A DNA stretch of 64,000 nt from an uncultured Bacteroidales bacterium (GTDB lineage Bacteria > Bacteroidota > Bacteroidia > Bacteroidales > FEN-979), in the NCBI GenBank assembly GCA_903845055.1, contig CAIMWF010000154.1, positions 9,596 through 73,595 of the forward strand, given 5' to 3'. The notes beneath the pieces are model-generated. The model was not told the origin of the DNA. It saw only the letters and a list, made by a program, of their open reading frames with translations, and searched no databases. Positions 37,254-46,108 of the stretch are shown here, in pieces. The position numbers were made by a program, and so were the translations under genes. The stretch's first letter is position 1, and the number at the start of each line of letters is the position of its first letter.

Positions 37254-38105
37254 ATGAATGCCGTACCACTCATCATTGCGGCCGTAGCGATCTTTGCACT
37301 GGCCTATCGTTATTATTTCGGGTTTATCGCCGCCAGGGTGCTTTCATTAGACAATCACCGGGACACCCCGGCCGGTCGTTTGTACGACGGGCAGAACTAT
37401 TACCCGATGAGCAAATGGGTGCTGTTCGGGCATCACTTTGTCGCGATCGCCGGGGCCGGGCCGCTGGTGGGACCGGTGCTCGCCTGCCAGTTCGGCTATT
37501 TCCCGGGATTTGTCTGGATGGTGGTGGTGGCGGTCATGGCAGGATCGGTGCACGACATGGTGATCCTTACCGCATCTGTGCGGCATGACGGAAAATCGCT
37601 GGCTGAGATCGCCAGCTATGAGATCGGCAAACGTTCCAGCGGGATCACGGCCTCGGTCGCCACGTTCCTGATCATCATCATCGCCATCGCCGGGCTGGGC
37701 CTGGTGGTGGTGAATGCCCTGAGCGAATCATCCTGGGGGCTTTTCACCATCGCGTCAACCATCCCGATCGCCATTTTCATGGGCATATGGATGTTCCGGT
37801 TCCGCAAGGGAAACGTGGTCGAGGCGACCATCATGGGGGTTCTCCTGTTGTCATCCGCCGTTATTTTCGGAAAATACATCCCCCAGTCGCAGTTTGCTTC
37901 GTGGTTTGTCTGGGACCACAAAACACTGGCCCTGATGCTGGCCGGATACGGGTTATTTGCCTCCGTGCTCCCCGTCTGGCTGCTTTTGTCGCCCAGGGAT
38001 TACCTGAGAGTCTTTCACATTTCGCATATCGAAGTTTGTGAGGGTGGATGGAGGCCTGCGGGTTCATCGGCCAGGATGGGTATTGTGTTGGTATTGCCTA
38101 CATGA
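37254..38105 (+). pseudogene. cstA: Carbon starvation protein CstA, 3'-truncated
   Basis: The first ~260 aa are canonical CstA (YYPMSKWVLFGHHFVAIAGAGPLVGPVLA...LLLSPRDYL). The reading frame then decays and stops. The C-terminal half of CstA is absent from the window. Confidence 0.7.
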
Positions 38106-40434
38106 CAACTGCCTCCTTCACGGACGTCACCTCTTTGCCTGAAAATTTAAGATAATAAACGCCTTTGCCGGAAAGTGTGAGATTGACCCATGTTTTTCCG
38201 GGTGTCACAGGTTGTTCCAGGATGATTTTTCCGAGGGCGTTGTACACCGTTAAATGATCAAACCTGCTGCCTGGTTCGATACAAAAGATTCCCGTGGAAG
38301 GATTCGGATATATGCTGATCTCCCTGCTGCCGGGTACTGCAATGGATGTAACCCTTCCGTTCTGGATGACGACCAGGTGGCGTGAAAACCCGGATGAAAC
38401 AAAGTCAAGCGAACAATCGCGCGGGGGATCCCAGGGATTGGCCTGCGTTGCGGTAAACAGTACATTCCCCGATGCCGTCCCGCCGGATTTATCGCTCTTA
38501 AGCCAGCCCGGAAGCAGGCCATTCAGGGTCCACGGGGTGGAGGAGGAGAGGGCCAGCGACCCGGTACTCCCGGCCGGCCGGCCCAGGAAAAGGGTGTCGG
38601 GATGGATACTGAAGGCGATCATCTCGGAGAGGGGTCGTGTCCAAATTCCCAATCCAGTGAGATAAAAGCTTGGATTTCCAGACTCTACGGCAGCATAAGC
38701 AATGGAATCAACAACCGAAAGTGATTGAATGCTTGATTCAACGGGCAGTCCCGTATGTTCTGCCGACCAGGTTTGGCCATTGTCATCCGTCATGACGGCC
38801 GGGACCAGCCCCTGCAGAACGCCTGCGAACATCTTGTTCCCCGAGGAGACAAAGGAGCTGCAAAGGGAGCCGTCAGGAAACTCCACGCCGGAGTTGACCC
38901 ATTCCGCACCCTTGTTGCCGGAGCGGAAAATGGCGGATTGATAATCCTGCCACAGATCATGATAAAAAGTCGAGGCATAAACCTGGCCTGGATTCGCCCC
39001 GATGGCCCGCACATGGATGTATGAAAGCCCGTTGTTCTCCTGGCTCCAGGAGGAGCCGTAATCGGAAGAGATGAAAACCCCTTCATCGGTGCCGGCAAGA
39101 AGGTCGGTGCCCGTTGCCGCCAGGGCATAGACGGTGGTATTGGTCAGCCCGTTGTTGGCCGCATGCCAGGTGAGCCCCAGGTCGTCTGATGCGAATATTC
39201 CTCCTCCCGGGGTTGTGGAGTTATTGAAAGTCGTACCTGCGAAAAGGCGGGAACCCAGGGTTGCAAGACATGTCACATTGAAGCCGGGCATGAATGCGGG
39301 GCTCCAGGAAACGCCGTTATCGGTGGACCTGTATATTCCGGAGCCTGCGGCAAACAGCACCGGTGAGATATAAGCAACGGCATTCAGGCTCCACGTGGGC
39401 AGCCCGTTGTTGATATGCATCCAGGTTTTGCCTCTGTCCGCTGATCTCATCATCCCTTCACCCGGCGTGGCGGCGAAAATGTTCCACCCGTTCATCGTAA
39501 AGGCCTGCACCGTTTGCCTCACCAGCCCGTTGGACGATTCCTGCCACGAAACCCCGGCATTGTCGGAAATGAAAATTCCCCCCGGCGAGGTGCCCGAAAT
39601 CAGCCTGTTTCCATCGAATTCCAAGGTTTTCAACGAATAATCCATCATCCCGCAATAGGTCCAGTTGGCCCCGGTATTGTCGGAATAGTATAACCCGCCA
39701 GGCCAGCCGGGCGATGGGTCAACGGTAAGCCCGGCATAGATCCGGGTTCCGTTCGTGAAAAGTTTTTGAACACCACCTGGGGTTATCCCGGTGGATGAAG
39801 AACTCCAGGTGGATCCGCCGTCGGAGGAGGCATAAACCTGCCCGCCCGCGGCAGCAAGCACTTTCGTCCCAGTGATCAGGAAGGAATTGAAACCGCCTAT
39901 TGAAACAGGATACCATCCGAAGGACTGTCCGTAATCGACCGATTTGTAAAAGCCCCAGTCATTCACGCCCACGTACATCAGGGGACCATTAACCGCCATG
40001 CAGATCGCCGTCTCCCCGTTGGTTGATGGTAAAACGTTCTGCCAGGTGGCACCGTAGTCGGTCGACCGCAGGAGGCTGTCGGAAGTGGCGATGATCATGG
40101 CCTGGCTGTTTACAATGGCCGAATAGAGCGGGATCCCGCCGTACCCGCCGATGATCACGGTGTTCCATACAAGCCCGTCGTTGTCCGAAACGAACAGCCC
40201 GCCATACGTTGCGGCGAACAATTTTGAGCCCTGCGAAACCAGGGCTGAAATGTTTTTGTTGACCAGTCCGTTATTCCTGGCATTCCAGGTGGCCCCGTTA
40301 TCGGTGGAGGCATAAATGCCGTTTTCGACTGTGCCCACCATCAAAACCTGGTCCTTCGTGATGGAACAGTTGATTTTTCCGCCGCACGGGCCGTTGGAAG
40401 GTTTCCACTGGGCGAAAGAAAACGATGCAATCAA
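38098..40434 (-). CDS. BNR/Asp-box repeat (sortilin/Ycf48-like) protein with T9SS C-terminal sorting domain; signal peptide interrupted by TAA
   Basis: About 13 SxDxGxTW-type motifs. The C-terminus IYPNPSTGIF...GVYYLKF is a T9SS CTD. The upstream in-frame sequence ATG AAA CGT TTG TTA ATT TAA precedes the ORF. Confidence 0.75.
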   Translation of the reverse strand: MIASFSFAQWKPSNGPCGGKINCSITKDQVLMVGTVENGIYASTDNGATWNARNNGLVNKNISALVSQGSKLFAATYGGLFVSDNDGLVWNTVIIGGYGGIPLYSAIVNSQAMIIATSDSLLRSTDYGATWQNVLPSTNGETAICMAVNGPLMYVGVNDWGFYKSVDYGQSFGWYPVSIGGFNSFLITGTKVLAAAGGQVYASSDGGSTWSSSSTGITPGGVQKLFTNGTRIYAGLTVDPSPGWPGGLYYSDNTGANWTYCGMMDYSLKTLEFDGNRLISGTSPGGIFISDNAGVSWQESSNGLVRQTVQAFTMNGWNIFAATPGEGMMRSADRGKTWMHINNGLPTWSLNAVAYISPVLFAAGSGIYRSTDNGVSWSPAFMPGFNVTCLATLGSRLFAGTTFNNSTTPGGGIFASDDLGLTWHAANNGLTNTTVYALAATGTDLLAGTDEGVFISSDYGSSWSQENNGLSYIHVRAIGANPGQVYASTFYHDLWQDYQSAIFRSGNKGAEWVNSGVEFPDGSLCSSFVSSGNKMFAGVLQGLVPAVMTDDNGQTWSAEHTGLPVESSIQSLSVVDSIAYAAVESGNPSFYLTGLGIWTRPLSEMIAFSIHPDTLFLGRPAGSTGSLALSSSTPWTLNGLLPGWLKSDKSGGTASGNVLFTATQANPWDPPRDCSLDFVSSGFSRHLVVIQNGRVTSIAVPGSREISIYPNPSTGIFCIEPGSRFDHLTVYNALGKIILEQPVTPGKTWVNLTLSGKGVYYLKFSGKEVTSVKEAVVM

Positions 40435-40623
40435 CAGGCAGAGCGATTAAATTAACAAACGTTTCATGACCGAACGGGATTTAGATATGCTAAAATAACA
40501 AATATCGGTGAGCCGGATTTATCGGAAATGATGATATTCCTGCGGAAATCAAAAAAAAAAAATTAAATCCCGCACATTCCGGCCATTTTTCTGCAGGAGT
40601 GTTGCCCGAGTCCAAATAGTTGC

Positions 40624-40631
40624 TATTTTTG
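40624..40631 (+). promoter_or_regulatory. -7 box TATTTTTG upstream of tRNA-Ser(CGA)
   Basis: TAnnTTTG 14 nt before the tRNA. Confidence 0.5.
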
Positions 40632-40644
40632 CACTCCCAATCCC

Positions 40645-40733
40645 GGAGAGATGCCAGAGCGGTCGAATGGGGCGGTCTCGAAAACCGTTGACCCCCGTAA
40701 GGAGGTCCCAGGGTTCGAATCCCTGTCTCTCCG
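40645..40733 (+). tRNA. tRNA-Ser (anticodon CGA)
   Basis: Acceptor GGAGAGA/TCTCTCC, anticodon loop CTCGAAA, long variable arm, T-loop TTCGAAT. Confidence 0.9.
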
Positions 40734-40750
40734 CAGATCAATTCGTAAGC

Positions 40751-40789
40751 AGGCTGTAAACCAAGTGTTTGCGGCCTGTTTTGTTTTTA
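40751..40789 (+). terminator. Intrinsic terminator after tRNA-Ser(CGA)
   Basis: aggctgtaaac-caagt-gtttgcggcct hairpin followed by gttttgttttt. It is near-identical to the hairpin at 28552. Confidence 0.7.
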
Positions 40790-40842
40790 TCGCCGGATTC
40801 CGGGTATCAGATTTCATATCTCAAATTCAAACAACTGCGGAT

Positions 40843-41390
40843 CTCCCTAAATCTCCGTGAAACTCCGTGAAATAATATGTTGCACAGAGTCCCCACCGGC
40901 ACAGAGTGGTTAACACCAGATTAATGAATCATAAGGAATTTTTTATCCTTCATTATTGATTAACCGGAAAAACAGGAAAAGGTAATCAACCTGTTAGCAT
41001 TGCAAATACCTGGTACCATCGAGATCAATCAAAAATCAAAAATCTGAAATCTGAAATCTGAAATCTGAATTGCCGCCCCCGCTAATTTTTTATCCCTTTG
41101 TCTCGTCCGACCATACGCTTACACTTTTTGACTGTAAACCTATTTCAGGACGAGTCACTTTTACCATTTTACATTTTACCATTTTACATTTGCTTTCAGG
41201 TTCCTTATCGGTTCCTTATCGGTTCCTTATAGGCAGGATTCAGGCAGGGAGCATGGAGAAGCAGGCAGGAAGCTTGGAGAAGACCGAAGGTAGCTTGGAG
41301 AAGACTGTAGGTAGCTTGGAGAAGACTGGAGAAAAAACGGCCCGTTTGCATTTTATCTCTGGTATGTGTTTGAATTGCAATGAATTGCAA
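40843..41390. repeat. Patchwork of at least 7 unrelated short tandem repeats in a non-coding tract
   Basis: 10-mer ctccgtgaaa x2-3 (40843-40872). 7-mers atcaaaa x2 and atctgaa x4 (41028-41069). 15-mer ttttaccattttaca x2 (41159-41188). 11-mer ggttccttatc x3 (41199-41231). 21-mer agcttggagaagacNgNaggt x3-4 (41250-41330). 10-mer tgaattgcaa x2 (41371-41390). Confidence 0.9.
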
Positions 41391-41574
41391 GGTGAGGTTT
41401 TTGATGAACCAGGTGCTTTTTATGCATTTTTTCTTACAATCAACTGTGGATCATGCCAAAACACCATTCAGTAAACGCATCCTGTGAGGCAAAGCGGTGG
41501 GGACAGGGAAACCCGATCAGCAAAAAACAGGGTGCCAATGTAAACTCCACCTGATCTCCCGGCAGGCGTGGATG

Positions 41575-42999
41575 TCAAAAAGCACGCACAGCACGCACAT
41601 AGAGTGTGGCGTACTTAGTGAAAGCAGTTTGGAAGCCATTGCTAAAGGCTTGCGACCATGCGGTAAATTCATTGTTTTCGGAGGAACTCCAATAGTAGCC
41701 AATAGAAAACCCTCCAATGAGCGCCTTTTGAAGGTATAATAAATTCACCTCGTATTTTGATGGAAGATACCAATCTCCGTAGGAAACACCATCCATAGTT
41801 GCTGAATAATCAGCACAGATTTTTGCCGCAAAATTCGTAGTCCAGTTTTGAGCAATTTGTGCAGCAACGATCAGGGCTGTATTCATTACACTGGCATTAA
41901 TCCCGTCACCTGTAGTCCCGGTAGCTATCTGTGACCCATTATACCATTGTACACCAGTGCTTTGGTCGGCAGTGGCCGCAATTAAACCGTGCCGCCCGTT
42001 ATCATATACATAAAATACAATGCCGCCGCCGTAGCTTTCACCGATGGTATGGATGCCGGCATTCGCCCATGTTGCCGTTCCGCCGGCATCCGATGTCAGC
42101 ACTTTGCCTGCTCCCTGGGTCCCGTCGGCCAGCGCAAAGGTTCCGTGAACGTCAAGCGCTGCAACCGGGGCATCTGTCCCGATACCGACCCGCTGGGTGT
42201 TGCCGTTAAGGTATAGGATCTTATATCCCTGGGCCCCCAGTGCAAGTACGTTATACCCGCCGGGCAGGCCATATTGCATGATCCCGGCGGCACCGGCACC
42301 GGCACCGCCCAGGGCCATCCCCATTTTAAGCCGGTACAGACTGTTCCCGATCCTGAAATCTCCTTCCCCGGTGGTCAGGTCCCAGTTACCTCCACTGGCA
42401 ATATCCAGGATCGTGGCAGGTACAGAAGTGCCGATGCCTACCTTCCCGTCGGGAGCTATCCGCATCCACTCGGTAAAGCCGTTCAGGCTGGTTGCAAAAC
42501 GCAGGGGATCGGTGCCGCTCCATAGAATAAACGGGTTGGGATCGTTCTGCCGTCCCGGGAACAGGTACAACCCATGGCTCAGGTCCGAATTGCCAAGCTG
42601 CATGATCGGGCCCTCATCCGGACCAGCTCCCCGGATGGAAAGTTTCTGGTCGGGCGTACCGGTGCCAATGCCGACCTTTCCTGCATTGAAGTATATATCA
42701 GAGCCGGCGGAAAGCCACTGGCTGTTGACCATGATCCAGTTCGGGGTTCCCGGAGTCCCTTTGTTTGAATAATACTGGTTGTTATCGGTGCAGAAAACCA
42801 GCAGCCCGGTGGCCGGGGAGGAGATGGCGTCGCGCTGTGCAGCCGTCATTCGCGGAACAAGCACTCCTTTTGTTACAGACTTTACATCGAGCATGGCCGA
42901 TGGCTCCGGTACGCTGTTGTCGGCATTGATGCCAACCTGGGCAAATGCACCGATCCCTGTAAGCAGCAACAATAACGATATGAAAAGGACTTTCTTCAT
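41575..42999 (-). CDS. Secreted tail-fibre-like protein with C-terminal DUF1566 (Lcl-C-like) domain
   Basis: Signal peptide MKKVLFISLLLLLTGIGAFAQ. Contains VLVPRMTAAQRDAI..PATGLLVF and VGIGT..P motifs. The C-terminus GDWYLPSKYEVNLLY...YWSSSE...YVRAVRAF is the DUF1566 signature. Confidence 0.7.
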   Translation of the reverse strand: MKKVLFISLLLLLTGIGAFAQVGINADNSVPEPSAMLDVKSVTKGVLVPRMTAAQRDAISSPATGLLVFCTDNNQYYSNKGTPGTPNWIMVNSQWLSAGSDIYFNAGKVGIGTGTPDQKLSIRGAGPDEGPIMQLGNSDLSHGLYLFPGRQNDPNPFILWSGTDPLRFATSLNGFTEWMRIAPDGKVGIGTSVPATILDIASGGNWDLTTGEGDFRIGNSLYRLKMGMALGGAGAGAAGIMQYGLPGGYNVLALGAQGYKILYLNGNTQRVGIGTDAPVAALDVHGTFALADGTQGAGKVLTSDAGGTATWANAGIHTIGESYGGGIVFYVYDNGRHGLIAATADQSTGVQWYNGSQIATGTTGDGINASVMNTALIVAAQIAQNWTTNFAAKICADYSATMDGVSYGDWYLPSKYEVNLLYLQKALIGGFSIGYYWSSSENNEFTAWSQAFSNGFQTAFTKYATLYVRAVRAF

Positions 43000-43188
43000 G
43001 TGGGAAATTTTATTTGTGAACAATATAACAATATGAATTTCAAATAAATATATAACAAAGATAAGGAAATAATTTGTACCTGCCGGCATGGTTTATGTAT
43101 TCCGTGAACACATTTTCACCTGTTCATACGGATTTTGCCCATATTTGCATGAATTTTGACATCACAGGAAATTATTAACCCGGCAACC

Positions 43189-44535
43189 ATGACTGACCCC
43201 GATCGCGTTTACCGGTTATTGGAGGGAACACCAGCACCCGGGTGTGTGCTTTACTGGATGCAGCGTGATCAGCGGGTCAGCGACAACTGGGCGCTTCTGT
43301 TTGCGCAGGAAAAGGCCCTGGAGACCGGCCGGTCGCTCCGGGTGGTCTTCTGCCTTACCCCGGGATTTATCGGTGCTGCCATGCGCCAGTATGACTTTAT
43401 GCTGAAGGGCCTGCAGCAGGTGGAGTCGACCCTTTCGCGGATGGGGATCCTGTTTGAACTGATCACCGGGAATCCGGGTGAAATGATCCCTGATTATATA
43501 AAATCGATCCATGCCGGAATCCTGGTTTCCGATTTCAACCCGCTGAGGATTTGCATGCAATGGAAAAAGATGGTCATGGATGCCATCAACATTTCCTTTT
43601 TCGAAGTGGATGCCCACAACATTCTTCCCTGCCGTGCCATTTCAGGCAAATCGGAATATGCCGCCTTCACCTTCAGGAAAAAGGTGGAAAAGGAGTTGTC
43701 CCGGTATCTTACTGAAATCCCGCCTGTCATTCCCCGGTCGCCCTCCCTAGCCGGGATGACCATTCCCATCGATTGGAAAGGGATTCAGGACGACCTGCAG
43801 GTTGACCGCGACATTGCCCCGGTTGACTGGATTCTTCCGGGCGAAGAAGCGGCAGAAGCCGGCCTGGCAGCATTCATCGAAAACGGCCTTGACGGCTACG
43901 CTGCCAACTTGAACGATCCCGGTAAAAGGGGGCAGTCGGGCCTCTCTCCCTGGCTGCATTTCGGTCAGCTATCTGCGCAGCGGGTGGCGTTGGAGGTTCA
44001 GCGGGCGGATGCGGATCCCGCCTCAAAAGCGGTCTTCCTTGAAGAGCTGATCGTCCGTCGTGAACTTGCCGATAATTTCTGCCTGTATAATCCCGCGTAC
44101 GACCTTCCGGGAGGTTTTCAGCCCTGGGCCCTGAAAACGCTTGAGAAGCACCGGGACGACCCGCGCGAATACTGTTATTCTGTTGAACAGTTCAGGGATG
44201 CCGCCACCCATGATGACCTGTGGAATGCGGCACAGCATGACCTGGTCCTGCATGGCAGGATGCATGGTTTCATGCGGATGTACTGGGCCAAAAAAATCCT
44301 TGAGTGGACCCCTTCGGCCGAAGAGGCGATGGCGGTGGCCCTATACCTGAACGACCGGTACCAGCTCGATGGCCGCGATCCATCCGGTTACGCCGGCATT
44401 GCCTGGTCCATTGGCGGCACACACGACCGGCCCTGGGGGGAACGGGATGTTTTCGGGATGATACGCTATATGAATTACAAAGGGTGTCAAAGGAAATTTG
44501 ACGTCCAACAATACATCAGTACAATTAAAAATTAA
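43189..44535 (+). CDS. phr: Class II CPD deoxyribodipyrimidine photolyase
   Basis: VLYWMQRDQRVSDNWALLFAQ and the C-terminal FAD-binding block WAKKILEW...DGRDP.GY.G..WSIGG.HDR. Confidence 0.9.
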   Translation: MTDPDRVYRLLEGTPAPGCVLYWMQRDQRVSDNWALLFAQEKALETGRSLRVVFCLTPGFIGAAMRQYDFMLKGLQQVESTLSRMGILFELITGNPGEMIPDYIKSIHAGILVSDFNPLRICMQWKKMVMDAINISFFEVDAHNILPCRAISGKSEYAAFTFRKKVEKELSRYLTEIPPVIPRSPSLAGMTIPIDWKGIQDDLQVDRDIAPVDWILPGEEAAEAGLAAFIENGLDGYAANLNDPGKRGQSGLSPWLHFGQLSAQRVALEVQRADADPASKAVFLEELIVRRELADNFCLYNPAYDLPGGFQPWALKTLEKHRDDPREYCYSVEQFRDAATHDDLWNAAQHDLVLHGRMHGFMRMYWAKKILEWTPSAEEAMAVALYLNDRYQLDGRDPSGYAGIAWSIGGTHDRPWGERDVFGMIRYMNYKGCQRKFDVQQYISTIKN

Positions 44536-44593
44536 AAATTAAAGATTACGTTCGATATTCAATGTTCATTATTCGTTATTCGATATTCAACCT
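44524..44593. repeat. Ten heptamers in perfect 7-nt register (ATTAAAA x3-4 grading into TCGWTAT x6)
   Basis: attaaaa attaaaa attaaag attacgt tcgatat tcaatgt tcattat tcgttat tcgatat tcaacct. The photolyase stop codon lies inside unit 2. Confidence 0.9.
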
Positions 44594-44599
44594 TTACAA

Positions 44600-45163
44600 A
44601 TGACCGAACTTACGACCTGCAACTGGCCATCCAAAGATCCCTTGATGACCAGGTATCATGATGAAGAATGGGGCGTTCCGCTTCATGATGATCAGAAACT
44701 TTTTGAATTCATGCTGCTCGACGCCTTCCAGGCGGGTCTCAGCTGGAAAACCGTGCTCCGCAAGCGGGAAAATTTCAGGCGGGCCTTCGATGGTTTTGAT
44801 GCGGCCGCCGTTGCCGGTTATGGGGAACAGGATTATGAACGGCTGCTGGCCGACCCGGGGATCATCCGCAACAGGTCGAAGATCAGGGGGGCGATCGTCA
44901 ACGCAAAGTGTTTCCTGGAAGTTCAGCAGGAATTCGGCACGTTCGACCGGTACATCTGGCAGTTTACCGGCGGGGTTACGATTAAAAACAATTGCAGGAA
45001 TCCCGGCGATATCCCGGTTACATCAAAGGAATCGGATGCCATGAGCCGTGACCTGAAGGGCCGTGGTTTCAAGTTTGTGGGAAGCACCATCTGTTACGCC
45101 TTCATGCAAGCGGCGGGCATGGTGAATGATCACATGGTAACCTGCCACAGGTACGGTGGTTGA
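44600..45163 (+). CDS. tag: DNA-3-methyladenine glycosylase I
   Basis: YHDEEWGVP..DD..LFE.L.L..FQAGLSW is the canonical Tag pattern. Confidence 0.9.
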   Translation: MTELTTCNWPSKDPLMTRYHDEEWGVPLHDDQKLFEFMLLDAFQAGLSWKTVLRKRENFRRAFDGFDAAAVAGYGEQDYERLLADPGIIRNRSKIRGAIVNAKCFLEVQQEFGTFDRYIWQFTGGVTIKNNCRNPGDIPVTSKESDAMSRDLKGRGFKFVGSTICYAFMQAAGMVNDHMVTCHRYGG

Positions 45164-45198
45164 GAAGACCCCAGGACCGGTTGAAGGTGGAGGGCCCT

Positions 45199-46104
45199 TT
45201 ATTCTTTCCGCGTTTTGTGGTTCACGATGGTGAACATCCTGTTGATGTTGAAACCCAGGAAAATATCACCGTTCGACCATTTGCCCCGGGTATCGGTCAG
45301 GTAGGTCTGCTCGTACTCTCCGTAAGAATTGGTCAGGAAGATCTGGAAAACGTGTCCACCGGTTTCGATATCGACCCCAAGTGAAAAGGAATCGTAGGCC
45401 TTGGTTGACACCACCTGTTTTGCAAAAAGATGGTGGTATTCGGCATTGATCGCAACGCGCTGGCTCAGCTTTACACGGCCACCGGCACCCAGGGTGAAGA
45501 TATCGTTGTTATCAGCCGTCTGGGGGACCAGGTTTTTGTGCACCCATGAAGGGGTGATCTGGAGGGAAACACTGTTCCCGAATTTCCGTGCGATCAGCAC
45601 CTGCATGGCATAGGTTACCCGGGATGTGAAAAAATTCGTTCTGGTGGGATCGGTCCATTTTGTCGTATAAATGGCCGTATTGCCAAAGATATCGAGTGAA
45701 ACGGGCATTTTTTTCGCCCCTTTGCTCTGGCGCAGCAGCTTGATCTTGGCAGAGCCGTCCCAGGTATTCTTATCCGTGTTGATCCCGACGGCTACTCCCA
45801 GCCATTTGGTAACACCATATTCCAGGCCGAGGCGGATAGCCGCCTGCTTCAGTCCGTAAAGGTTTTCATAACCCGTGTTGAGCGCCCCGAAATGGTGGGT
45901 AATGATGAAGTTGAGGTTCCCCGCGGGGGCTGTTTCAATGGATTGCCCGATGACGATATGTGTCGATTTGAAGGTGGCGGTGGTATAGTCAACCGTGGGT
46001 TTTTCATTCTGGTTGATCATCGACATGAGATCGTCCTGAGCCTTGACGGAGGTAACAAATAGGGCGCCGGTGAAGGCGAGTGCCAAAAATATCTTGCGTT
46101 TCAT
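45199..46104 (-). CDS. Outer-membrane beta-barrel protein (DUF5777-like)
   Basis: Signal peptide MKRKIFLALAFTGALFVTSVKAQ and alternating beta-strand pattern. The family name is from memory. Confidence 0.5.
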   Translation of the reverse strand: MKRKIFLALAFTGALFVTSVKAQDDLMSMINQNEKPTVDYTTATFKSTHIVIGQSIETAPAGNLNFIITHHFGALNTGYENLYGLKQAAIRLGLEYGVTKWLGVAVGINTDKNTWDGSAKIKLLRQSKGAKKMPVSLDIFGNTAIYTTKWTDPTRTNFFTSRVTYAMQVLIARKFGNSVSLQITPSWVHKNLVPQTADNNDIFTLGAGGRVKLSQRVAINAEYHHLFAKQVVSTKAYDSFSLGVDIETGGHVFQIFLTNSYGEYEQTYLTDTRGKWSNGDIFLGFNINRMFTIVNHKTRKE

Positions 46105-46108
46105 GAGT

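Noticed and set aside
37247-37588. 113-aa and other overlapping ORFs within cstA (37347-37586, 37616-37921, 37787-38041, 37861-38067)
   Set aside because: These are alternative frames of the GC-rich cstA fragment. None continues CstA homology, so they do not rescue the truncation by a simple frameshift.
40843-41390. Possible CRISPR array
   Set aside because: The repeats are directly tandem with no unique spacers. The units are 7-21 bp, and no cas genes are in the window.
41070-41474. 134-aa ORF with SLEKT repeats
   Set aside because: The frame stays open only because the 21-bp and 11-bp tandem repeats lack stops. There is no promoter box or start context. I treat it as non-coding repeat DNA.
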